From: Octopus vulgaris
Lineage: Eukaryota
Direction: 5' to 3'
Length of the DNA: 64,000 bases
Assembly: GCA_951406725.2 (NCBI GenBank)
Contig: OX597842.1
Span: forward strand, 1,302,001-1,366,000
Shown: positions 33,898-46,909 of the stretch, piece after piece
Layout of the letters: each line of letters begins with the position of its first letter
Position numbering within the stretch: position 1 is the first letter of the stretch
Program-made: the position numbers and the translations under genes
The notes under the pieces: generated by a model
Seen by the model: only the letters and a program-made list of their open reading frames with translations
Database searches by the model: none
Told to the model about the DNA's origin: nothing

Positions 33898-36800
33898 TCT
33901 TACCACACAGCCATGCCTCTGCCTATAGCTTCTTACCACACAGCCATGCCTCTGTCTATAGCTTCTTACCACACAGCCATGCCTCTGCCTATAGCTTCTT
34001 ACCACACAGCCACACCTCTGTTTATAGCTTCTTACCACACAGCCATGCCTCTGCCTATAGCTTCTTACCACACAGCCATGCCTCTGCCTATAGCTTCTTA
34101 CAACACAGCCACACCTCTGTTTATAGCTTCTTACCACAAAGCCATGCATCTGCCTATAGCTTCTTACCACACAGCCACGCCTCTGCCTATAGCCTCTTAC
34201 CACACAGCCATGCCTCTGCCTATAGCTTCTTACCACACAGCCATGCCTCTGCCTATACCTTCTTACCGCACAACCACGCCTCTGCCTATAGCTTCTTACC
34301 ACACAGCCATGCCTCTGCCTATAGCTTCTTACCACACAGCCATGCCTCTGCCTATAGCTTCTTACCACACAGCCATGCCTCTGCCTATAGCTTCTTACCA
34401 CACAGCCATGCCTCTGCCTATAGCTTCTTACCACACAGCCATGCATCTGCCTATAGCTTCTTACCACACAGCCATGCCTCTGCCTATAGCTTCTTACCAC
34501 ACAGCCATGCATCTGCCTATAGCTTCTTACCACACAGCCATGCCTCTGCCTATAGCTTCTTACCACACAGCCATGCATCTGCCTATAGCTTCTTACCACA
34601 CAGCCATGCCTCTGCCTATAGCTTCTTACCACAAAGTCATGCCCCTGCCTATAGCTTCTTACCACACAGCCATGCCTCTGCCTATAGCTTCTTACCACAC
34701 AGCCATGCATCTGCCTATAGCTTCTTACCACAAAGTCATGCCTCTGCCTATAGTTTCTTACCACACAGCCATGCCTCTGCCTATAGCTTCTTACCACACA
34801 GCCATGCATCTGCCTATAGCTTCTTACCACACAGCCATGCCTCTGCCTATAGCTTCTTACCACAAAGTCATGCCTCTGCCTATAGCTTCTTACCACAAAG
34901 TCATGCCTCTACCTATAGCTTCTTACCACACAGCCATGCCTCTGCCTATAGCTTCTTACCACACAGACATGCCTCTGCCTATAGCTTCTTACCACACAGA
35001 CATGCCTCTGCCTATAGCTTCTTACCACAAAGTCATGCCTCTACCTATAGCTTCTTACCACAAAGCCCTGCCTCTGCCTATAGCTTCTTACCACACAGCC
35101 ATGCCTCTGCCTATAGCTTCTTACCACACAGCCATGCCTCTGCCTATAGCTTCATATCACACAGCCATGCCTCTGCCTATAGCTTCTTACCACAAAGTCA
35201 TGCCTCTGCCTATAGCTTCTTACCACACAGCCATGCCTCTGCCTATAGCTTCTTACCACACAGACATGCTTCTGCCTATAGCTTCTTACCACACAGACAT
35301 GCCTCTGCCTATAGCTTCTTACCACAAAGTCATGCCTCTACCTATAGCTTCTTACCACAAAGCCATGCCTCTGCCTATAGCTTCTTACCACACAGCCATG
35401 CCTCTGCCTATAGCTTCTTACCACACAGCCATGCCTCTGCCTATAGCTTCATATTACACAGCCATGCCTCTGCCTATAGCTTCATATCACACAGCCATGC
35501 CTCTGCCTATAGCTTCTTACCACACAGCCATGCCTCTGCCTATAGCTTCTTACCACACAGCCATGCCTCTGCCTATAGCTTCTTACCACACAGCCATGCA
35601 TCTGCCTATAGCTTCTTACCACACAGCCATGCCTCTGCCTATAGCTTCTTACCACACAGCCATACCTCTGCCTATAGCTTCTTACCACACAGCCATGCCT
35701 CTGCCTATAGCTTCTTACCACACAGCCATGCCTCTGCCTATAGCTTCTTACCACACAGCCATGCCTCTGCCTATAGCTTCTTACCACACAGCCATGCCTC
35801 TGCCTATAGCTTCTTACCACAAATTCATGCCTCTGCCTATAGCTTCTTACCACACAGCCATGCCTCTGCCTATAGCTTCTTACCACACAGCCATGGCTGT
35901 GTGTAAAGAAGCTATAGGCAGATGCATGGCTTTGTGTGGCTAAATCATACCCAGAGGCATGTCTGTGTGGTAAGAGCTGATAGCTAGATAGGCAAAAGTG
36001 TATAGGCAGAGGCATGGCTGTGTGGTAAGAGCTATAGGCAGAGTCATGACTCTGCCTATAGCTTCTTACCACACAGCCATGCCTCTGCCTATAGCTTCTT
36101 ACCACACAGCCATGCATCTGCCTATAGCTTCTTACCACACAGACATGCCTCTGGGTATAGCTTCTTACCACACAGCCATGCATCTGCCTATAGCTTCTTA
36201 ACACACAGCCATGCCTCTGCCTATAGCCTCTTACCACACAGCCATGCCTCTGCCTATAGCTTCTTACCACACAGCCACACCTCTGTTTATAGCTTCTTAC
36301 CACAAAGCCATGCCTCTGCCTATAGCTTCTTACCTGACAGCCATGTCTCTGCTTATAGCTTCTTACCACACAGCCATGCCTCTGGCTATAGCTTCTTACC
36401 TGACAGCCATGCCTCTGCCTATAGCTTCTTACCACAAAGTCATGCCTCTGCCTATAGCTTCATATCACACAGCCATGCTTCTGCCTATAGCTTCTTATCT
36501 GACAGCCATGCCTCTGCCTATAGCTTCTTACCACAAAGTCATGCCTCTGCCTATAGCTTCTTACCACACAGGCATTATCTGCACAGACATGCCTCTGCCT
36601 ATAGCTTCTTACCACACAGACATGCCTCTGCCTATAGCTTCTTACCACAAAGTCATGCCTCTGCCTATAGCTTCTTACCACACAGCCATGCCTCTGCCTA
36701 TAGCTTCTTACCACACAGAAATGCCTCTGCCTATAGTTTCTTACCACACAGCCATGATCTGCCTATAGCTTCTTACCACACAGACATGCCTCTGCCTATA

Positions 36801-39800
36801 GCTTCTTACCACACAGCCATGCATCTGCCTATAGCTTCTTACCACACAGCCATGCCTCTGCCTATAGCTTCTTACCACAAAGTCATGCCTCTGACTATAG
36901 CTTCTTACCACACAGACATGCCTCTGCCTATAGCTTCTTACCACAAAGTCATGCCTCTGCCTATAGCTTCTTACCACACAGCCATGCATCTGCCTATAGC
37001 TTCTTACCACACAGACATGCTTCTGGGTATAGCTTCTTACCACACAGCCATGCATCTGCCTAAAGCTTCTTACCACACAGCCATGCCTCTGCCTATAGCT
37101 TCTTACCACACCTCTGCCTATACCTTCGTATCACACACCCATGCCTCTGCCTATAGCTTCATATCACACAGCCATGCCTCTGCCTATAGCTTCTTACCAC
37201 ACAGGCATTATCTGCCTATAGCTTCTCCCCACACAGCCACGCCTCTGCCTATAGCTTCATACCACACAGCCATGTCTTTGCCTATAGCTTCATACCATAG
37301 AGCCATGCCTTTGCCTATAGCTTCTTACCACAAAACCATGCCTCTGCCTATAGCTTCTTACCTGACAGCCATGCCTCTGCCTATAGCTTCTTACCGAACA
37401 GCCATGCCTCTGCCTATAGCTTCTTACCACACAGCCATGCCTCTACTTATAGCTTCTTACCACATAGCCATGCCTCTGCCTATAGCCTCTTACCACACAG
37501 CCATGCCTCTGCCTATAGCTTCTTACCACACAGCCATGCCTCTGCCTATAGCTTCTTACCTGACAGCCATGCCTCTGCCTATAGCTTCTTACCGCACAGC
37601 CATGCCTCTGCCTATAGCTTCTTACCGCACAGCCATGCCTCTGCCTATAGCTTCTTACCACACAGCCATGCCCCTGCCTATAGCTTCTTACCACACAGCC
37701 AAGCCTCTACTTATAGCTTCTTACCACATAGCCATGGCTCTGCCTATAGCCTCTTACCACACAGCCATGCCTCTGCCTATAGCTTCTTACCACATAGCCA
37801 TGCCTCTGCCTATACCTTCTTACCGCACAACCACGCCTCTGCCTATAGCTTCTTACCGCACAGCCATGCCTCTGCCTATAGCTTCTTACCACACAGCCAT
37901 GCCTCTGCCTATATCTTACCACACAGCCATGCCTCTGCCTATAGCTTCTTACCGCACAGCTACGCTTCTGCCTATAGCTACTTACCACACAGCCATGCCT
38001 CTACTTATAGCTTCTTACCACATAGCCATGCCTCTGCCTATAGCCTCTTACCACACAGCCATGCCTCTGCCTATAGCTTCTTACCACACAGCCATGCCTC
38101 TGCCTATAGCTTCTTACCGCACAGCCATGCCTCTGCCTATAGCTTCTTACCACACATCATACCTCTGCCTATACCTTCTTACCACACACCCATGCCTCTG
38201 CCTATTGCTTCTGACCACATAGTCACACCACTGTCGAGAGCTTCTTACCGCACAGCCATGCCTCTACCTATAGCTTCTTACCGCACAGCCATGCCTCTCC
38301 CTACAGCTTCTTACCACACAGCCATGCCTCTGCCTATAGCTTCTTACCACAGCTATGCATCTGCCTATAGCTTCTTACCACACAGCCATGCATCTGCCTA
38401 TAGCTTCTTACCACACAGACATGCCTCTGCCTATAGCTTCTTACCACACAGCCATGCCTCTGCCTATAGCTTCATATCACACAGCCATGCATCTACCTAT
38501 AGCTCCTTACCACACAGCCATGCCTCTGCCTATAGCTTCTTACCAGACAGACATGCCTCTGCCTATAGCTTCTTACCACACAGACATGCCTCTGCCTATA
38601 GCTTCATATCACACAGCCATGCATCTACCTATAGCTTCTTACCACACAGCCATGCCTCTGCCTATAGCTTCTTACCACACAGCCATGCCTCTGCCTATAG
38701 CTTCTTACCGCACGTCCATGCCTCTGCCTATAGCTTCTTACCACACAGCCATGCCTCTGCTTATAGCTTCTTACCACACAGCCATGCATCTGCCTATAGC
38801 TTCTTACCACACAGACATGCCTCTGGGTATGGCTTCTTACCACAGCCATGCATCTGCCTATAGCTTCTTACCACACAGCCATGCCTCTGCCTATAGCTTC
38901 ATATCACACAGCCATGCCTCTGCCTATAGCTTCTTACCACACAGGCATTATATGCCTATAGCTTCTCACCACACAGCCACGCCTCTGCCTATAGCTTCTT
39001 ACCTGACAGCCATGCCTCTGCTTATAGCTTCTTACCACAAAGCCATGCCTTTGCCTATAGCTTCTTACCTGACAGCCATGCCTCTGCCTATAGCTTCTTA
39101 CCGCACAGCCATGCCTCTGCCTATAGCTTCTTACCACACAGCCATGCCTCTACTTATAGCTTCTTACCACATAGCCATGCCTCTGCCTATAGCCTCTTAC
39201 CACACAGCCATGCCTCTGCCTATAGCTTCTTACCACAGCCATGCCTCTGCCTATAGCTTCTTACCACACAGCCATGCCTCTGCCTATAGCTTCTTACCGC
39301 ACGTCCATGCCTCTGCCTATAGCTTCATATCACACAGCCATGCATCTACCTATAGCTTCTTAACACACAGCCATGCCTCTGCCTATAGCTTCATATCACA
39401 CAGCCATGCATCTACCTATAGCTTCTTAACACACAGCCATGCCTCTGCCTATAGCTACATATCACACAGCCATGCATCTACCTATAGCTTCTTAACACAC
39501 AGCCATGCCTCTGCCTATAGCTTCATATCACACAGCCATGCATCTACCTATAGCTTCTTACCACACAGCCATACCTCTGCCTATAGCTTCTTACCACACA
39601 GCCATGCCTCTGCCTATAGCTTCATATCACACAGCCATGCCTCTGCCTATAGCTTCATATCACACAGCCATGCATCTACCTATAGCTTCTTAACACACAG
39701 CCATGCCTCTGCCTATAGCTTCATATCACACAGCCATGCATCTACCTATAGCTTCTTAACACACAGCCATGCCTCTGCCTATAGCTTCATATCACACAGC

Positions 39801-41354
39801 CATGCATCTACCTATAGCTTCTTACCACACAGCCATGCCTCTGCCTATAGCTTCTTACCACACAGCCATGCCTCTGCCTATAGCTTCATATCACACAGCC
39901 ATGCATCTACGTATAGCTTCTTAACACAGCCATGCCTCTGCCTATAGCTTCATATCACACAGCCATGCATCTACCTATAGCTTCTTAACACACAGCCATG
40001 CCTCTGCCTATAGCTTCATATCACACAGCCATGCATCTACCTATAGCTTCTTAACACACAGCCATGCCTCTGCCTATAGCTTCATATCACACAGCCATGC
40101 ATCTACCTATAGCTTCTTAACACACAGCCATGCCTCTGCCTATAGCTTCATATCACACAGCCATGCATCTAACTATAGCTTCTTAACACAGAGCCATGCC
40201 TCTGCCTATAGCTTCATATCACACAGCCATGCATCTACCTATAGCTTCTTAACACACAGCCATGCCTCTGCCTATAGCTTCATATCACACAGCCATGCAT
40301 CTACCTATAGCTTCTTAAAACACAGCCATGCTTCTGCCTATAGCTTCTTACCACACAGCTACGCTTCTGCCTATAGCTACTTACCACACAGCCATGCCTC
40401 TACTTATAGCTTCTTACCACATAGCCATGCCTCTGCCTATAGCCTCTTACCACACAGCCATGCCTCTGCCTATAGCTTCTTACCACACAGCCATGCATCT
40501 GCCTATAGCTTCTTACCACACAGCCATGCCTCTGCGTATAGCTTCTTACCACACAGCCATGCGTCTGCCTATAGCTTCTTACCACACATCCATGCCTCTG
40601 CCTATAGCTTCTTACCACACAGACATGCCTCTGCCTATAGCTTCTTACCACACACCCATGCCTCTGCCTATAGCTTCGTATCACACTGCCACGCCTCTGC
40701 CTATATCTTCTTACCACACAGCCATGCCTCTGCCTATAGCTTCATATCACACAGCCATGCATCTACCTATAGCTTCTTACCACACAGCCATGCCTCTGCG
40801 TATAGCTTCTTACCACACAGCCATGCGTCTGCCTATAGCTTCTTACCACACAGCCATGCATCTACCTATAGCTTCTTAACACACAGCCATGCTTCTGCCT
40901 ATAGCTTCTTACCACACAGCCATGCCTCTGCGTATAGCTTCTTACCACACAGCCATGCCTCTGCCTATAGCTTCTTACCACACAGCCATGCCTCTGCCTA
41001 TAGCTTCATATCACACAGCCATGCATCTACCTATAGCTTCTTACCACACAGCCATGCCTCTGCCTATAGCTTCATATCACACAGCCATGCATCTACCTAT
41101 AGCTTCTTAACACACAGCCATGCTTCTGCCTATAGCTTCGTATCACACAGCCATGCCTCTGCCTATATCTTCTTACCAAACAGCCATGCCTCTGCCTATA
41201 GCTTCTTACCAAACAGCCATGCCTCTGCGTATAGCTTCTTAACACACAGCCATGCTTCTGCCTATAGCTTCTTACCACAAACCCATGCCTCTGCCTATAG
41301 CTTCGTATCACACAGCCATGCCTCTGCCTATATCTTCTTACCACACAGCCATGC
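33898..41354. repeat. 33-bp satellite (TTACCACACAGCCATGCCTCTGCCTATAGCTTC)n, ~225 units, derived from the SINE family A head
   Basis: Unit read directly; reverse complement ATAGGCAGAGGCATGGCTGTGTGGTAAGAAGCT aligns to SINE start ATAGGCGCAGGAGTGGCTGTGTGGTAAGTAGCT. Confidence 0.97.
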
Positions 41355-41789
41355 ACTATCTTCCCTGATTGCACGTAGGTCGTAGCCATTTCCCAAACTG
41401 TCTCTTTAAATTTGCTGCTCATCTTCCACCTCTTAAATTTATTGTTCCCAATCAATGAACATTGATCGGCAATTTATTTTATTGGTTACAGAAGCTGAAT
41501 ATAACCAACCATCACATTCAACAACGCACATATATACACATACACACACACATACTCAGAGAAACAGAAGACAAAAATGATAAGAGTTATGACACAGAGA
41601 AAACATAGTAAAGAAAGTAAAACGATACACTCCACTCTCTTCTCTCCCTCTCTCCAGTCTCGTCTCATCTCTCCATTCTCTCTCCGACTGAAGCAGCTAT
41701 GTACCTCCTCTACCTCAAGACATCTGTTTGAGGAGGTTGGTGGCTTAGTGGTTAGCATGTTGGACTTATGATCATTAGATTGTGGGTTC

Positions 41790-42134
41790 GAAGTAGTTGG
41801 GGAGCATCATAGCCATGTGTTGAGAGGGATTCTTGGAGGTTTGGATAATTCACCTCTGGAAACACAGGTGGTTTGTTCAACATCCTTAAACAATCCTTAT
41901 TCAGGGACCTTTTGAGTGGGATGGGCTACTCGACAACAAGAAAAACCTCAGTGGGCCCCACCTGCAAGGTCATGCACTGTTTATCTTGATATGAGATCAC
42001 CATGTCGCGCACATATGGTTGTGATGCATGTGCCTAGTGTACCCTTATCAGACGGGTAGTCATGATGGGTAGACTGGGCTTTGAGTATTTGTACCTCAGT
42101 GTCAATTTGATGGCATGCACTGCTCTCTAACTCA
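41790..42134 (+). mobile_element. Element X, 5'-truncated, preceded by a tRNA-like head fragment (41733-41791)
   Basis: Aligns with 1207-1550; tail AAT changing to (AGT)n. Confidence 0.8.
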
Positions 42135-42141
42135 ATAATAA

Positions 42142-42187
<46 letters not shown>

Positions 42188-42188
<1 letters not shown>

Positions 42189-42403
42189 ATCCTTTCTACT
42201 ATAGGCACAAGGCCTGAAATTTAGGGGCAGGAAGACAGTCAATTACATTGACACCAGCACTCAGCTGGTGCTTAATTTATTGACCCAGAAAGGATGAAAG
42301 GCAAAGTTGACCTCGGTGAAATTTGAACTCAGAATGTAGCGAAGCGCAAAATACAGCTAAGCATTTCATCCAGTGTACTAACAATTCTGCCAGCTCACTG
42401 CCT
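42188..42403 (-). mobile_element. SINE family B (alternative tail)
   Basis: AATCCTTTCTACTATAGGCACAAGGCC tail; GAAAGGATGAAAGGCAAAGTTGACCTCGG. Confidence 0.85.
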
Positions 42404-42414
42404 TAATAATAATA

Positions 42415-42820
42415 CTCTCTTACTTGTTTCAGTCATTTGACTGTGGACATGCTGGAGCACCACCTTTAGTCAAGCAAATCGACCCCAGGACTTATTCTTT
42501 GTAAGCCTAGTACTTATTCTACCAGTCTATTTTGCCGAGCCGCTAAGTTATGGGGACGTAAACACACCAGCATCGGTTCTCAAGCGATGTTGGGGGGACA
42601 AACACAGACACACAAACATATACACACATAAACACATATATATATATACACATTTACGACGGGCTTCTTTCAGTTTCCGTCTACCAAATCCACTCACAAG
42701 GCTTTGGTCGGCCTGAGGCTATATTAGAAGACACTTGCCCAAGGTGCCACGCAGTGGGACTGAACCTGGAACCATGTGGTTGGTAAGCAAGCTACTTACC
42801 ACACAGCCACTCCTATGCCT
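42415..42820 (-). mobile_element. SINE family A, full length
   Basis: Complete. Confidence 0.93.
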
Positions 42821-42823
42821 ATG

Positions 42824-42876
<53 letters not shown>

Positions 42877-42905
42877 TATTAATAATAATGATGATGATGA
42901 TAATG

Positions 42906-42947
<42 letters not shown>

Positions 42948-43000
42948 GAAATATTAAAATTACTAAGTCTCTCTAAAAGAGAACAACGGCAGCGTTCCGG

Positions 43001-43300
43001 AAAATATTAGTTATCGCCATACTAATATGGCATTCTTATAAAAATAAGAATAAAGCTGTCCACTTATTAGCTCCATGAGGCCATCGCCTTAAGTTAGCTA
43101 TTTGATACACAAACTGTATCCATATAACCTTCGAACAAGGGAGGTCAGTCGCTCCACACTACTTGTTCAAAGGTTATATGGATACAGTTTGTGTATCAAA
43201 TAGCTAACTTAAGGCGATGGCCTCATGGAGCTAATAAGCGGACAGCTTTATTCTTATTTTTATAAGAATGCCATATTAGTATGGCGATAACTAATATTTT
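43001..43300. mobile_element. Near-perfect foldback, 139-bp arms and 22-nt loop, in (AAT)n
   Basis: 43001-43139 is the reverse complement of 43162-43300 with ~2 mismatches. Confidence 0.75.
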
Positions 43301-43986
43301 ATAATAATAATAATAATAATTATAATAATAATAATACTTTTTACTACAGGTACAAGGACTGAAATTACTGAGGAGGGGTTAAGTCAATTACATGGACCCC
43401 AGCAGTCCACTGGTCCTTAATTTATTGGCCCTAAAAGGATGAAAGGCATGACCCTAGTACCCCACTGGTACTTGTTTTATTGACTCTGAAAGAATGAAAG
43501 TCGAAGTTGACCTTGGCAGAATTTGAACTCAGAATGTTAGGACGGCTGGAAAGCTGCTAAGCCTTTTGTGCGGCATACCTTATAAACGACAGCTTAATAA
43601 TGAAAGCTATTTTATTAAATTCTATTTAATTTTTCAAAAAAATTAATTAAAATAAAGGTAATGTATTTCACCAAAATTAAAGAACCAAAGCCTTGACTAT
43701 CTAAATTGAAACCTTTTATCACGATTCCAGGTTAATTTATGTTTGAAGTACCAGCTTAATGCTGTCAAAGTTATTTTGCAATGTTCTTTGTTATTTCCAA
43801 AATCAATTACAATTAAGTTAGTGAATTTCAACAGAACTCTGGTAGCAAAAGAGTTAAAATGATCTAAATTAGAACTTTCTATCATTATTTCATGTTAAAT
43901 CATGTTCTAAACACCAGCTTAATAAGGGCGTAATTATCTGAGTAAATTCTGCATTATTTTATAAATTAATTGAAACAAATGCTGAA

Positions 43987-44150
43987 GGCGTAGGAGTGGC
44001 TGTGTGGTAAGTAGCGTGCTTACGAATCACATGGTTCCAGGTTCAGTCCCACTGCATGGCACATTGGGCAAGTGTCTTCTACTATAGCCTCGGGCTGACC
44101 AAAGCCTTGTGAGTGGATTTGGTAGACGGAAACTGAAAGAAGCCCATCAT
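43987..44150 (+). mobile_element. SINE family A, 5' half
   Basis: GGCGTAGGAGTGGCTGTGTGGTAAG head. Confidence 0.88.
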
Positions 44151-44174
44151 ACACACACATATATATATATATAC

Positions 44175-44575
44175 TCTCTTTTACTCGTTTCAGTCGTTTG
44201 ACTGCGGCCATGCTGGAGCACCGCCTTTAGTCGAGCAAATCGACCCTGGGACTCATTCTTTGTAAGCCCAGTACTTATTCTATCGGTCTCTTTTGCCGAA
44301 CCGCTAAGTGACGGCGATGTAAACACACCAGCATCGGTTGTCAAGCAATGCTAGGGGGACAAACACAGACACACAAACACACACACACACATATATATAT
44401 ATACATATATACGACAGGCTTCTTTCAGTTTCCGTCTACCAAATCCACTCACATGGCTTTGGTCAGCTCAAGGCTATAGAAGATGACACTTGCCCAAGAT
44501 GCCACACAGTGGGACTGAACCCAGAACCATGTGGTTGGTAAGCAAGCTACTTACCACACAGCCACTCCTGTGCCT
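44175..44575 (-). mobile_element. SINE family A, full length, inverted relative to 43987-44150
   Basis: Complete. Confidence 0.92.
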
Positions 44576-44599
44576 ATATATATATATATATATATATAA

Positions 44600-44958
44600 G
44601 ATATGAATTAGAAAAAACCCCACTATTGTGCAATTCAAACAATGATAGACATAAACCAAATCCTAAATAAAAAATAAAATATATTTTTATAAACCATATA
44701 ACTTATTATATATTTACTTATTACTTATTATATATTGATTATTCATTTTTATACTTTTTGTGATCTAGTTATATGTTTTATAAAAATATATTTTATTTGT
44801 TATTTATGATTTGGTTTATGTCTATCACTGTTTGAATTGCATAATAGTAGTTTTATCTCAAATTTATATTTTATATATTTATATTGTGAAATTTGATTTA
44901 ATACTAAATTGAATTTTTCCCTGTAAGTTTGGAGTTATACACCCTAATATTATTATTA
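44600..44958. mobile_element. AT-rich foldback element (arms ~44600-44703 / 44767-44870 plus tail)
   Basis: GCAATTCAAACAATGATAGACATAAACCAAATC mirrored by GATTTGGTTTATGTCTATCACTGTTTGAATTGC. Confidence 0.65.
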
Positions 44959-44959
44959 A

Positions 44960-45008
<49 letters not shown>

Positions 45009-45173
45009 GCTCTTACACACATTTTTTCTCTCCTTGTTTTTTCTGTGTCCCTTTCTGTAGAAGAGCGTAGGCTCGAAACGTAAGACTTTTTCTATTCCTG
45101 AGCGCCATACTAATACATTTGTTTGTTGGTACTCCACCTGCCTTCGTCTTTTGTTTATTTTCGTAAACTTTCC

Positions 45174-45221
<48 letters not shown>

Positions 45222-45625
45222 GTTTGTGTGTTTGTGTTTGTCCCCACCAACATCACCTGACAATGGATGCTGGTGTGTTTACTCCTGTGTTATTGATATT
45301 ACTTAAAAGCAAGGTGCTTCTTTTCCTTTTACAAAAGAGAATGGAGCTATGGGAAGGGGGCATTGATGTCATCAGACAGTATCCCACAATCCTTGCATTT
45401 TTTAACCCTGCACCATAGCACTCTCCTGTCGGTCAGTCAACAGAGGTACCCAAATCACTGCTCATCATTTCCTCCTGTTGTAATATTCAGTAAGGTCTTG
45501 AGAAGACCTCACTGCCAAGTGAAAACAAATAGAGAACCATGTTTCCCTAATTTGAAATGGTTTGATGCTAGCAGACAAAAAACGCGATCCACATGTTCCA
45601 AAAGTAGATGGTATAAACCAACTCG

Positions 45626-45928
45626 TGGAGGCACATGGCCTAGTGGTTAGAGCAGAGGACTCATGGTAGAGGGATCACAGGTTCGAATCTCAGACCGGGC
45701 GGTGTGTGTGTTTATGATTGAAAACACCTATGCTCCACGCGGCTCTGGCAGAAGGTAATGGCGAACTTCTGCTGACTCTTTCACCACAAATCTATCTCAC
45801 TCTTTCGTCCTGCATCTTGCAGCTCACCTGTGACGGACAGGCGTCCTGTCCAGGTGGGGAACCTATATGCCAAGGAAACTGGGAAACTGGTCCTTATGAG
45901 CTAGGCATGGATCAAGAAGGAACAGACA
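45626..45928 (+). mobile_element. SINE family D (tRNA head, V-domain-like), copy 1
   Basis: TGGCCTAGTGG A-box, GGTTCGAATC B-box, CCTGTGACGGACAGGCGTCCTGTCCAGG V-SINE-like motif. Confidence 0.8.
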
Positions 45929-45948
45929 ATATATATATATATATATAT

Positions 45949-46248
45949 GTGGTGGCACATGGCCTAGTGGTTAGAGCAGCGGACTCGCAGGTGAGGGATT
46001 GTGGGTTTGAATCTCAGACTGGGCAATGTGTGTGTTTCTGAGTGAAACACCTAAGCTCCATGCGGCTCTGGCAATAGGTAAAGGTGAACTTCTGCTGACT
46101 CTTTTGCCACAACTTTCTCTCACTCTTTCCTCCTGCATCTTGCAGCTCACCTGCGACAGACCAGCATCCCATCCAGGTGGGGAACCCATATAGCAAGGAA
46201 ACTGGGAAACCGGCCCTATGAGCCAGGCATGGCTTGAGAAGGAACAAA
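45949..46248 (+). mobile_element. SINE family D, tandem copy 2
   Basis: Aligns with 45626-45928. Confidence 0.82.
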
Positions 46249-46534
46249 CATAAACTGACTCAAGGTTGCCAGTAAACATCTCAACATCTCTCTTACAGTT
46301 GAAAAATCTAAGTAAAGATACTAACATGTGGATCTACCACCAGTTGTTCACAATATGTGGCCCCATCTTACATATAGGGGCAATGAAGCATGAAGTGTAA
46401 CTGAAAATCAGGATCACACATGATGCAATGTGCCACATTATATGAATATTTCAACAACTGTTCTGCAATAATCACAGAAATTTGCCAAAATGCTTGTATA
46501 TTCTATAAAGTGTTTGTGTATGTATTACTTCTCC

Positions 46535-46602
<68 letters not shown>

Positions 46603-46654
46603 GCGTGTATCTCTACCTCCTCTCCCTCTCTGTCTATACACACACACACATACA

Positions 46655-46688
<34 letters not shown>

Positions 46689-46729
46689 TATCATCATCAT
46701 CGTTTAACGTCCGCTTTAAATGATGATGA

Positions 46730-46770
<41 letters not shown>

Positions 46771-46871
46771 GATGTACAATATATACATATACAGACACAA
46801 ACATACACAAACACATATACACGCACACACATACACATCCTAAAACGCACTTAGAAATATATATACATACA

Positions 46872-46909
<38 letters not shown>

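Noticed and set aside
33690-35943. 738-aa and 747-aa ORFs (LPHSHASAYSF / YHTAMPLPIAS repeats) as a repetitive structural protein
   Set aside because: The 33-bp unit is a multiple of 3 and stop-free in several frames on both strands; frames switch freely and the unit derives from a SINE head, so there is no sign of coding selection
33898-41354. CRISPR array
   Set aside because: Repeats are contiguous with no unique spacers; no cas genes; eukaryotic context
45626-45700. Functional tRNA genes (also 20020-20098, 41733-41791, 60150-60220)
   Set aside because: A/B boxes present but no proper acceptor stem; most continue into SINE bodies
45300-46500. Possible RT remnant flanking the family D SINEs (PIL..YRGNEA*-like)
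   Set aside because: Similarity too weak and fragmented to call by eye
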